A stretch of 63,290 bases of DNA, the filler included, from Reticulomyxa filosa (Eukaryota > Protista > Foraminifera), in assembly GCA_000512085.1 (NCBI GenBank). It is 23 parts of 23 records of this genome, joined end to end, with 100 filler letters (N's around TTAATTAATTAA, not from the genome) between each part and the next. Parts side by side here need not be neighbours in the genome. Positions count along the whole stretch, not along the records: positions 1 to 5,480 come from ASPP01010600.1; positions 5,581 to 9,847 come from ASPP01026316.1; positions 9,948 to 14,488 come from ASPP01026519.1; 20 more parts are not named here. The stretch is one strand, 5' to 3'. Under the pieces are notes generated by a model. The model saw nothing but the letters and a program-made list of their open reading frames with translations, was not told where the DNA came from and ran no database searches. A program made the translations under genes and the position numbers. The stretch's first letter is position 1; the number at the start of each line of letters is the position of its first letter. Of the stretch, positions 1-11,687 are shown piece by piece.

Positions 1-53
1 AAAAAAAAAAAAAAAGACGAAAATAATAAAAAGAGTGCATATATGCAAAAATG

Positions 54-2201
54 CTAAAAACCGATGTGATGTTTGATGGCTCGATAAGGGTCGAATGTTT
101 CTTGAGATTGGCTATGTTCAGCGTTAATATTGCATGCCAATTGCGAAGCAGACAAAGTATCGTCTTTTTGAGCACCATCGTGGTGTATTTGGCTTATATC
201 TTTGTTGTTATGTTCCGCCGCTTTGGTTTCATTCCGTTGGTAATCGTGTTCAGTGTTAGAAACAGCATCTTCTTCTCTTTGTCCTTGTCCTTGTTCTTGA
301 TCTTGCGCTTGCTCTTGCGCTTGCGCTTGTTCTTGCTCTTGCTCTTGCTCGCGTCCGTCGTAGTTGTTGTCGTCGTCGTCGTCGTCATCATCATTTGGCT
401 CTAGTGGCAGTGACAACTTCATGTCGGAGTTGTTTACACTCGCTTCCCGCAACGTGGACGGCGAAACAAAGCTTGAGCCGTCGCCATCGAGACTAAAATA
501 TTCCCCTTGCAAATCGGGACAAGATTGGGTCCTTACCTCTGGCATCAATGAACAATCGTCCATTTGTTGCTGTTGTAATGGTTGTGCATGTGGATGTGCA
601 TGTGGATGTGGTTCTTTGTCTGAGTTTGTGGATTGAATAGTCTCTATAAAACTATCTTTGAGGTCTTCGCTGGTAGTATGAATCGACCCATCCTCGCCAT
701 TCTTTGTCTTATTATTGTCATTGCTATTGCTATTGTATTCGACCGAGTCTTTTTCCTTTGAAACCTGCAATATCGATTGGTCCTGCACGTGGTCGCATGC
801 CGCTTCCATTTTCTGAAAGTGATATTTTTCGACCAACTTCGACAAGTTGCTCATTTTCTGCTCATGACCGCCTTCGGCTTCCGTGCTTGTCCATATATGG
901 TCTGCGACCTCTCCGAGCTGTTTCGGCGTCCCCATGCCACTCTTGCAAGATACGCACGACGTACACGAGGTACGGAACACTGCTGCGGAGTTATAATACT
1001 GCTTGTCATTGTCTTCGTCCGCATTTCCAAGTATCTTTATCTTCTTGCTATCTTTCCTAAAAAAAAAAAGAAAGTGTTTCAGCCACAACGTATACATATA
1101 CATATACACATACACATGTACATGCGAAAAAAAAAAAAAAATTGAATAATACACACACACACACACACACACACGTATACAAATATATAAGACATACATA
1201 CTTGTCGTGGGTGGTATTCGAATGCATTGAGTTGGAATGATATAGCAGCGGTATCAAGGTGTTTGTGTTTTTCATCAGTTCTGTCAGCACTTTGTCGGTG
1301 GTAGACAGCTGCTTCAAATTCAAAAAGTACGCGCACATAAAGCGTTTACAGCAGGTTTGATAGCATAACAAGTGCTTCATGCACGCCACTTTGCTTATTA
1401 AGTTTGGCAAGTCTTTTCCTTTTCGATGGTACTATGTACATATCAGTTGCACACATATTGCCATTATATAACCTCTCTCTCTCTTTCTAAATATAATGCA
1501 AAAAGGCAGTTTACACATTTAAAAAAAATATAAAAAAAAAAAAAAAAAATGAAGCCAACGAACAACAAAGCACAAACTTGTCTGTTATTAATACATTTTT
1601 CATTGACAGCTGGATCTTGCCAAAGATATGGGAAACATATTATAGGAGTCTTGTGTCACGCGCATATATTTATTGTTCATGTTGTTGTTTTTGTTTATTT
1701 TTTTTTTAATTGATTGGTTGCCAAATATCAAGTCTCAAAAACAAACAAACAAAAATTGAACAACCATCCGATCCACTTAACATCCACCGAATGCATTACT
1801 GTTTTTTCATTTTGCAAATTTTTTTGGCTTTTATGTTTGGACTCATCTTTTGCATTTGCTTCGTACGCTAACTGCTCCCCTCGCACTTCCGTTTGACTTG
1901 CTGAACTGTTGGTGCCTACGCTTGTCTCATATGCTTTTGTGCTGTTCACTTGGTTTGCACAGTTGCTGTCTTGCTTTATATTGCTCTTCGAATGGGACAC
2001 GCTTTGATCTTTCTTCCCCTTTATTTCTTGACGCTTGTCGTAGTTGCATTGGATTTGATTGGAGCTGTAGGGCCGAAGTAGAAATTCATTTGGTCTTGGA
2101 CGATGTACAGACCGTGGGGTAAGAACTGTCCCATCAGGATTATTCTTAGGGGTTTCATTGGGTTTCACCCCTCGCTTGTGATAAATTATTCGATTGCTCA
2201 T
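54..2201 (-). CDS. Hypothetical low-complexity (Q/E/D/N-rich) protein, probably multi-exon
   Basis: Long hydrophilic minus-strand ORFs (54-~1036 and 1728-2201) separated by (TA)/(CA)n and homopolymer intron-like sequence. No recognisable domain; joining them into one gene is inferred. Confidence 0.4.
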
Positions 2202-2587
2202 GTTTAGAGATCAGTTTTTTTTTTTGCAAGGGAGTAAACAAAAAAAAAAGTTTGCTGAAAAAAAACAATTGTGACTACAGAAAATTTCTCAAAAATTTAA
2301 TTTATTTCAACTTGTTGCTGTATAATGTAAAATAAAGTTGGCAAGATAACTTGCTTCTGTTTTGTCAATGTTTTTAAAATTAGTCTTTGATAAGACAAAA
2401 TATTAATTGATATTTATATATTTTTTTTGGTTGTCGATGGGAAATATCTTTTCTAAATGCAGATTAACATGAAATTACAGTGTTATTTCTATGAACTAAT
2501 AAAAATCAATCTTTAACGACCTCTCGCTCTTAGAAAAAATCTAGATTAGATCAATTTCTTAAAGGGGTCTTGAGGACGTTGCATTAA

Positions 2588-4153
2588 ATGTTACAGCATA
2601 ACATGCCAGCGAAGGTAGTACTAAAGATATTGGCCATTTCTGCGCTGTTGTTAAGTTGCTTTTCAGAGGACTTTGACAGTACTGAAATTTCAGAAGAGCC
2701 TTTCTCGGAAGACCAAGTGCTTTCCGAGCAATTAGATTTAAGCAATTGGATGGCCCAAAAAAAGGCGTCATTATGGAACAAGACCCTCCAAGTCCTGAAC
2801 TTTTGTTATTTTGAGTGGAAATCTGTTCCACATTTTAAAAAAGCACTTGTGTGCACCCCCCTTTTGACAAGGAAGAGAAAAACGAGAACATTAAAAAAAA
2901 AAAGAAGCAACAGCAAAGCAAGTCAAACAAATAAAACGTAAACAGGAGCTGACTATACTAGGCACGCACGATAGTGGTTCATTTAACTTAACGAACGAAA
3001 TGCTGCCTGGAGCAGAGCCAAAAGATTTGGAGGCACTAATTGATTTGGCGGAAATGTTGAATATTCCAATTTGGATCGTAATTACCCGATGGAGTAGATC
3101 TCAGCCATTCGGATTTTATGAGCAAATGATGAGCGGAGTCCGCTATTTCGATCTTCGATGTGGTTGGATGCACAAATGGATGCAGTGGGTCGCCTTTCAT
3201 GGCGAAGCTGGTATTTTTTCCCCCCTCCCCCCTTTTTTTTTGTTTGTTTGACAGATAATGTTGTCGTAAGAACATATATTCCAACGCTCGCAAAAATTGT
3301 TGCAACCAAGTTTTTTTTTTTTGGGGGGGGGGGCTAAATGAAGGACAAGCCATAAGTACATTAATGTTGGACGTGAAAGAGTTTTTAGACGAACATCCTC
3401 AAGAAATCGTTTTGATCGAAGCGTCACATTTAGATGGCTCACCAACAGAACTCCAAAAACAATGGTTGGTCAATAATTTCACAGAAATTTTCGGTGATTA
3501 TTTGCTCCCTGTTCAATCCACTTATCCGACATACGGAGTTCTGTCCATTTTTTTTTTTCGCTCCCTCTTGCTTTTTTTTAAAAAAAAAAACCACTTAAAA
3601 AATTGTATTAACCTGGATAATGCGTACATTACAAAAAAAAAAAAAGCAAATGGTAACGTCCGGACAACGTGTATTTTTGTCGCTGGACGACAGCATTGTG
3701 AGCAACTATAACAATATATGGCCTGGGACTGCTTTTGAAAATACATACGCTGACTCCGCTCAATTACGCGAGATGATGCAATATAATAATATGCAAGTAG
3801 CGCTGTTTAATGCCAATCTAACCAATTCCAATTCCTTGTTCAAAATTTCCTGGACTTTGACCCCACAAACTGCAACGGTTATCAGTACGGTTGAACCACA
3901 TTCACCTCACACCCTATTGGTAACATATATGTACATGATGTTTCTTGTCATTACTCTAAACAGATACATACATAAATACGTGAAACTAAATAATAATAAT
4001 AATAAAAAGGAACTGGCTGCGGTGGCCAACGCGGAAATGTGGACATGGGCGTCACAACAGTTCGGCAGGAATTTAAGAATTGGTAACATATTTTTGTACG
4101 ATGATTACCCCACTGCTAGTATCGTTGAAATTATCAACGCTTTGTATAATTAA
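2588..4153 (+). CDS. PI-PLC X-domain-containing protein (PLCXD-like) with signal peptide, spliced
   Basis: Hydrophobic N-terminus, then LSNWM, LTILGTHDSGS (catalytic His), GVRYFDLR, VAFHG and FLDEHPQEIVLI. In-frame GT-AG introns at 2792-2945, 3211-3343, 3538-3646, plus one near 3921-4009. Confidence 0.85.
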
Positions 4154-4777
4154 GTCAAAACAACTTAGCTCCTTTCTCTAGCTCATTGAATCCATCACGT
4201 TTTTACTTCGAATTCAATGTGTAGACACACTCGAGCAATTACACAAATAAGTAAATAAGCAAAGTTACAAACAAGCAATGTATTAATTAATTCGCATAAA
4301 ATTGTCAATGCACTTTCATGGAGCCAAATGAGCTAGCCCTTATTCAGGTTATGGTTTTTTCTTATTTTTTCTAAATCTCTTTTGGTTAGTTCTTGAATCT
4401 GAAAAATTTTATTTCCGACTATCCTGTAGAGCAAGCCCTACGGAGTACGACCCCAAAGGACTCTTAGAATCCTCATACTAACTTCTTCATTTCTTTTTTT
4501 TGCATCGGACATCTCATTTTCAACAGCTGATTTAACTGTCCTTTTCTTTTGAGACTAAGATAATTACAAAATCTGGTGGAGTAAATAAGAGGAAAAAAAA
4601 AAGAGAGAATTTTGACGAGATTAAAATGAAATCTTTTTCCCCACAAGATATGAAAACCACAATGGCATTTAACTTTAAATAGAGATAAAAACCAAAAACA
4701 AAATAAAGATATGAAAACGTAAATAAACAAACAAGTAGGCAAGGAACAAACAATTCATGTTGTAATTTTCGTCGTTG

Positions 4778-5314
4778 TCACTGTCTTTCGACATTTCTTC
4801 GACTTCTTCGATCATGTCTCCGTCGAGTGGAGTGAGGCTGTGACTGAGAGTGTAAAGACGTGCGAGTGGTGTTGTGATTCTGTGCAAGAAAACTCGCATT
4901 ATCATTAGACACATCTGTGGTAGAGTTGTGTGCAATAAATGAAATAGGTGCATCAAAGGATTGTTCGAACGAGCGAGTAGAAGGATTGGTGGTCAAATTG
5001 TTGTGATCATGACCATAGGGATTGTCGTTGTGCATTGCATCAAGACTCCATCTGTCATCAAATAGCTCTCGCTCCAATTCTTGCACGGATGGACTTAAGC
5101 GCGGATTTGAAGTGATCGGTGGTGTTGTCTCTGAAGTGGCATTGTTTCCAACCGCACGAGTGGTGTCTATTTGAGGAGAATATTCGTGATTTTGTATTAG
5201 CGTTTCAAATGAATTGATTGGGCCAGTTCCAGGTGCCGTGAGTAATGGAGTCGAAGGTCCACTCAAAACAATGGTGGCACTGTCATTCGTCGAATTGGCA
5301 CCTCTCCACCACAA
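4778..5314 (-). CDS. Hypothetical S/T/N-rich protein, C-terminal exon
   Basis: 178-aa hydrophilic ORF preceded by an intron-like (TA)n tract; no domain recognised. Confidence 0.35.
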   Translation of the reverse strand: MWWRGANSTNDSATIVLSGPSTPLLTAPGTGPINSFETLIQNHEYSPQIDTTRAVGNNATSETTPPITSNPRLSPSVQELERELFDDRWSLDAMHNDNPYGHDHNNLTTNPSTRSFEQSFDAPISFIAHNSTTDVSNDNASFLAQNHNTTRTSLHSQSQPHSTRRRHDRRSRRNVERQ

Positions 5315-5480
5315 GGGTGCTCCAGTCGAGGATTGCAGTTGGAGATGGCTTACTGGGCGATGTTGTCTTGTGGGAGCATTTGGACGATGTTGTTCTTTTG
5401 TTTATTTGTTTATTTTATATATGTATATACATATATACATATATATATATTTTCAAGTGAATATATCTAAAAAAAAAAAA

Positions 5481-5580
5481 NNNNNNNNNNNNNNNNNNNN
5501 NNNNNNNNNNNNNNNNNNNNNNNNTTAATTAATTAANNNNNNNNNNNNNNNNNNNNNNNNNNNNNNNNNNNNNNNNNNNN
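5481..5580. other. Artificial contig linker N44-TTAATTAATTAA-N44 (first of 22)
   Basis: Identical 100-nt linker with stops in all frames. Others start at 9848, 14489, 15963, 18448, 21878, 23657, 25584, 28444, 33838, 37886, 40998, 42351, 44890, 45990, 47432, 48574, 50085, 52362, 55853, 59290 and 61513. Confidence 0.98.
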
Positions 5581-6466
5581 CAAAGCGAATGAAAGTAGGG
5601 ATAATGGTTTCGTCGATAATTTGTTGGTGCATTTTTAGTTGCTAAGTTTGAGCGAGACGCCATTGTCACTGCGAATACTTTTATTCTCGACACTGTTTGC
5701 ACAATATTGATGATACGATTGGAATCGAAGCAAATATTGATACGCGTCCTGGTTGTCCAATATGTCACCAGCACTAGTACCAATGTTACTATTGCTGTCA
5801 TTAGTGCTATTGCTCCAATGCATTCGGAATAGGGGGTGAATCAATAGTAGGATATCTTCGTCCGTTGCTGTCTCTTTATCCAATTGCATTTCGTTTAATA
5901 GTCTTTCAATGTCTTTCAATTTCTTTTTATATTCAATCCCCTTTTCCTTGTCGTTTTCCGATTTCGAATTGATCAAACGCTCATACCATTCGTCTATCTC
6001 ACTCTTCTTCTTTCTCACATTCCCTTCACTCATCTCTTCTCCTCCGTCACTGCTGCTGTCTGCTTCCGTCATTTTCGACAGCATTTCTCCAAACTCATTT
6101 CGATCCCAATATCCATCACCATTTCTGTGACAGTTCAATATATATATTCATATTTATACTATACATATATTTTATATATACTTTTTTTTAAAAAAAAAAA
6201 AAAACACTTTTAACTTATCGCAAGACTCAAAAATGGATTTGATAGATTGATACAGTGGAGGAAAACTATTGATTCTTTCCTTTTTATCTTCTGTCCCTTT
6301 TTTTTGTGATGTGGGTGAATTGTGGGGCCAAACGACGGAAAACAAAATGACACAAACAAAATGATTTAACCTCTTCAAGCATCGTTGAAGAAAGTTTTCG
6401 AAGCGACCGCACGTTGAGAACGGCGGAGTAGCTCCGTCTTGTTTTGCGAGGCGTTGTGTTAGCCAT
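5581..6466 (-). CDS. EF-hand-like hypothetical protein, 3'-partial, spliced
   Basis: RNGDGYWDRNEF resembles an EF-hand Ca-binding loop; upstream exons lie at 6284-6466 and about 6210-6280. Confidence 0.45.
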
Positions 6467-6773
6467 ATCTATTCAAAGTATATGATGAAAGAGTTTTAAT
6501 GAACTTCTGAAGCGGAACGTCGAGGTCGACGGTTGTATTTTTCTGCGTTTAAACTTTGATTGTTATGTGTTATATTTTTAAATTATATTTTTGGCTGATT
6601 TTTTTCCTCCACTTGTCAATACTAACGTTTATCATAGTTTTTTCAAACTTGTTTTTTAAGTTACAGTAAAAGTTAGTTGGCCGGTTAAAAAGGGTGGGTT
6701 GTCAGGGACACGGAATTTCTGATCCTTTTTTTTTGTTCGTGTTATTGCCCAAGGAGAAAGAAGATTAATAGAT

Positions 6774-7711
<938 letters not shown>

Positions 7712-8866
7712 GCAATCACAACCACATTGTCTCTTTTTTTTGTTTTTTGTTGCAATTTTTATTTAACTTTGATTCAAAAAAGAGGAAACTACGCTTTTTT
7801 TTTGCAGTCTGTTGATGTTTTGAAGTTCGTATTGAGTCTGTTTTAATGGGGGAAATTCTCCAAAATTTTGTTTTTTATTTTCTTTTACACACACACACAT
7901 TTATAACACCAAATTTTAATCTCTCGCAAACAAATTTCATCGGCGATAAACTCAAATTCCACTTGCACTGAAAACAATTATGTTAAGGAATTAGAAGGCA
8001 CTGATAAAAGTGTTGCTATTTAATGGACTCGAGTGCATAATTGATAGTATAACAAATGTTAGATCAATGAATAAATCACACAAGGTGAGGATGAAGCTCT
8101 ACTATTGGCGAGATCGTGAACATTGTTCCCCTTTTCCCCTAATAACTCCTTCTTGCCTTCTCTTGTTTGATCGTTTTTTTGTGATTTAATATACCTATTT
8201 CTGCAAAAAGACCTGCTATGATAGTAATCTTTCGTATTACACTTAGCGCAACCTTTCACAACAGCAATTATCTCACAAGTGTAAACATAACGCGTGGAAA
8301 ATCTTTTCACTTTATTAAAAACGTATACCTTTCACAAAGTTTTTGATTAGTTTTAATTTAATACGTGCTGTAGGACGGGTCCTTAATTCTCATCAGGGTA
8401 ATCTCAAAAAATTAGAGATATGTAAAATTCCAGTTAAATAACGCAAAAAAAGAGGTGTCTTTTCTAATAAAATTTCTTGAAAGAATTTAATGTTGAAGAG
8501 AAACGGCGAGTATTGCTATAACTTAAAACTATTATAATAACATTAGCAGACAAAAATGAGCATTGTCAAAAGACTATTGCAGTGCACTTCAAAAAAATTA
8601 ATGATTTAACTCTGAGTAATCTGCAAATGCAATCCAAGTAATCTTGCAAAAGATGAAAAATATAATTAGTGAAAGTAGTTTCGTTTTTTTTGAACTTGAT
8701 TTGGGCCCTTGCTTTTGCATTAACAAATCGAATCAATGCGTAAGGTTCTAACGCTATTTACCCGTTCACGTTCGTTGTCTTTCATACCTTAAAAAAAATT
8801 AGAGACGTGTGCATGAAATTTCTGGAAATTTCTTTTTTCTTCTCGGCATACCAAAAAATAAACAGA

Positions 8867-9794
8867 TCAATCAAAGCAAGGATTATCATTAGTAAGACGG
8901 TTTTCACAGACACATGCATCGAGAATAATTTCTCGGATAGAGAATCTGGCCGCTGATGCAAGCACGACAACAATATCAATAACACCAATAACAACACCAA
9001 CAACAACAACAACAACACCAACAACAACACCAACAACAACAACAGAAAACCAGCAAATTGAAACAGACAATCCAAGCAAAGAAGGCGATTTCATTGAGCC
9101 AAAGGTGCTAACGAACTTTTTTAAAAAAATTATGCAATGTTTGGACCTCCTTTTTTTTTTTTTTTTTTTTTGAAAAAAGAAAAAGAAAAAAGGGAAAAGA
9201 AGACACAAAGAATTTGGTGAGATGCCTTCGAGGGAATTATTAGAAAGAGTATGGCAACAGAGCAACAGAGGCGACGTCCAGCAGTGTATAAAAACGATAG
9301 TGGAAGAGCTGGCATTGCATTCAGTGGATGAAAGGGGCATATTTGAGGGATGGTTGCATGGACTATCGTTAGTGTTGTACCACTCAGCAGATAACCCCAC
9401 GTTGGGCTTATCGCAAGTCCAAGAGCTATGCCGCAAAGTGTTCGATCATATCCCAATGACATCAACGCAGTTAGAAACAGGGACCACCGAAGTGGGAAAG
9501 CAACGCCAAGGCAGTTGGCAAATATCACATAAAGAGTTTACTGAAATAATCACAACTATCATTTCGTCGATAAACATATCCGGTCATTCCATGTTCGACA
9601 CTATAGACGAAAGGACATCTCTCCAGGCTGTCGAATGGATCATCGACTGCTTTCTGCGAAAGCACTGCAAATGGATCGATAATTCCTTCATCAATCAACA
9701 ATGGAAACATTACTTTTTCAAACATGGTTTTTTATCCCTTTTAGAAATCATTGAATCTGTTCGAGGAAAGCATTACAACCCTTCAAGTATTTAA
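8867..9794 (+). CDS. Hypothetical protein (N-rich exon plus helical exon), partial
   Basis: 190-aa ORF 9222-9794 preceded by a T-run/A-run intron-like segment and an (AAC)n coding-like stretch. Confidence 0.35.
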
Positions 9795-9947
9795 AAAAAA
9801 AGCAGCTCTTTTTTTTTTTTTTTTTTTTTTTTTCCCCCCCCCCCCCCNNNNNNNNNNNNNNNNNNNNNNNNNNNNNNNNNNNNNNNNNNNNTTAATTAAT
9901 TAANNNNNNNNNNNNNNNNNNNNNNNNNNNNNNNNNNNNNNNNNNNN

Positions 9948-10208
9948 CGCTTTCGTCTCTAACTAGACTCAAAGCTCCAATAAAGTTTTTATCGCCTTTT
10001 TTGCGAATTTGCGTAAACGCTAATTTTTTCGTTTTTTATTTCGTTTTATACATAGCGTCTTACAAGTAAGTTACTGCTAAGTGTTTTTTTATTATCATTA
10101 AAACTTCCTAATTGTAAAAGTTTTTTTATCCTTTTGTGTGTTTGCCTTTATAAAATTACAAAACTAGAAACTTTATTGGAGCTTTGAGTCTAGTTAGAGA
10201 CGAAAGCG
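9948..10208. repeat. Perfect 41-bp inverted repeat (9948-9988 / 10168-10208), 179-nt spacer
   Basis: CGCTTTCGTCTCTAACTAGACTCAAAGCTCCAATAAAGTTT is the exact reverse complement of 10168-10208. The left arm is cut by the contig start. Confidence 0.95.
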
Positions 10209-10233
10209 CTACTCCAGAAATAAATTTTCTAGT
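10163..10233 (+). ncRNA. Type I hammerhead-ribozyme-like RNA with variant core
   Basis: Stem I TGGAG(10177-81)/CTCCA(10212-16), extended by TTTAT/ATAAA and ACTAGAAA/TTTCTAGT. Core CTTTGA; stem II GTCT-agttag-AGAC; GAA; palindromic stem III AGCGCT; unpaired A10211 at the cleavage position. Confidence 0.6.
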
Positions 10234-10569
10234 AAAAAGAAAAAACTTGCGAAATTCCGTAGATAAGACCGGATAAGGATAAAATAAAGTGACTGAGTCA
10301 GTCTCTGAAAAAAGTACAACTAGTTTCAAAGTTTTATTACCAACAGGTATAATAAGTATTAAACCTACGTGGTTTAGTTAATAATACTGTTAGTTGGGTC
10401 ATAAGGCTAAAGTTTAGCTGAAAATAAACTACTAGTATACTAAATTAGACCAGTCTACACAAAAAATCCACTCCGGAAAAAGTTTGTGGTAAAAAATCCA
10501 CTCTGAAAAATAAAAAGAACCACAAAAAAAGTGCGAACAGCCGTAGCAGCCAAAAAGTATACGTACAAA

Positions 10570-11456
10570 ATGGCTACCAGTCTACAAGAAAGTACGATCA
10601 TGACAACAGAAAATGAAGAAACAGAAGAAATAACAAGGATACAAGCACATGGTCCAATGGAAGTAGAAAAAATGGAAATATTGGATGATGATATTTTAGA
10701 TAAACTAATTATAGAAAAAGAAAGACAATGGCTAGCACACCTTTTGAAGCATACTACGATATGAATGCAGATGATGATGAAGCAGAAGCATCAATAGAAT
10801 TTAAAATAAAAGGCAGAGAAGAAGTAAAAAGATGCAAAGATGAAGAAATAAAAGAAATCTGCAGAAAATTTTGGATTGAGAATGAATCTAGTAGAAAACA
10901 AGATTTTGAAGAAGAAGAACTAGAATTCTCTACCAATATGGTTAAGAAAAGAGAGTGGGAAAACAACTCAAAAATGGAACACAGCAAACATGAAAACGCA
11001 AGAATAATAGAAATGATGGAAAAAGACATATACAAAGCAAACACAAGAATCAAAGAAATACTTTCGACAATCTGTTACAGAACACCAAGCACTACTAGTC
11101 AATGGCAATGGTTCAAGACACTAGAAGAAGTAATTGAAGAAGAGGAAATTGGAATAGTTCTAGGATATAGAACAGAATCAAGAGTCTGGCTAGGTAGAAT
11201 TTATAATGATGAAGGTTACAGATATTACATGAAATGCAAGAAAAACCAAAGTTCGGAAAACATACCAGAAGTAGATTTAAAAGTGACAAGTAATGGATAC
11301 ATAACAGTAGACAACAAACTAATAAACATTGAAGATACTATGATATCCAGAATGGTCGAAGTAATGCTAAACAAAAAACAATTAATCACTTCAAGTATGG
11401 TTAGAAGTTATCATAACTGGTTAATTGAAGAAGAAAAAGAAAAAGAAAGACAATAA
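10570..11456 (+). CDS. PLE-associated ORF1 of unknown function (acidic N-half), split by a one-base frameshift near 10742
   Basis: Overlapping ORFs 10570-10764 and 10728-11456 join as QWLAHL-FEAYYDMN if one T is added to the TTTT run. Codon style matches the RT ORF. Confidence 0.6.
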
Positions 11457-11687
11457 AATAATATTACATACAAAGTGGGTGTAGTTTCTTGATAAAAGTG
11501 AGTAATCCAACAAGAATACTACATGCGAAAATGCGTAATAGGGATAATTCTAGCAAAGGAAATTGTACAAGTTATTTATAAATAAGAAAAGGAAGTAAAA
11601 TAGTTACAGCAGTAAAAGTTATTACATAGTAAAGAAATTTATATTCATTAATAATTGCTTTTAAAATTATAAACAAGAATAAACATT

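Noticed and set aside
5525-5536. Recurrent TTAATTAATTAA palindrome flanked by N runs, resembling a regularly spaced repeat array
   Set aside because: Artificial six-frame-stop linker; gene adjacencies across it have no biological meaning.
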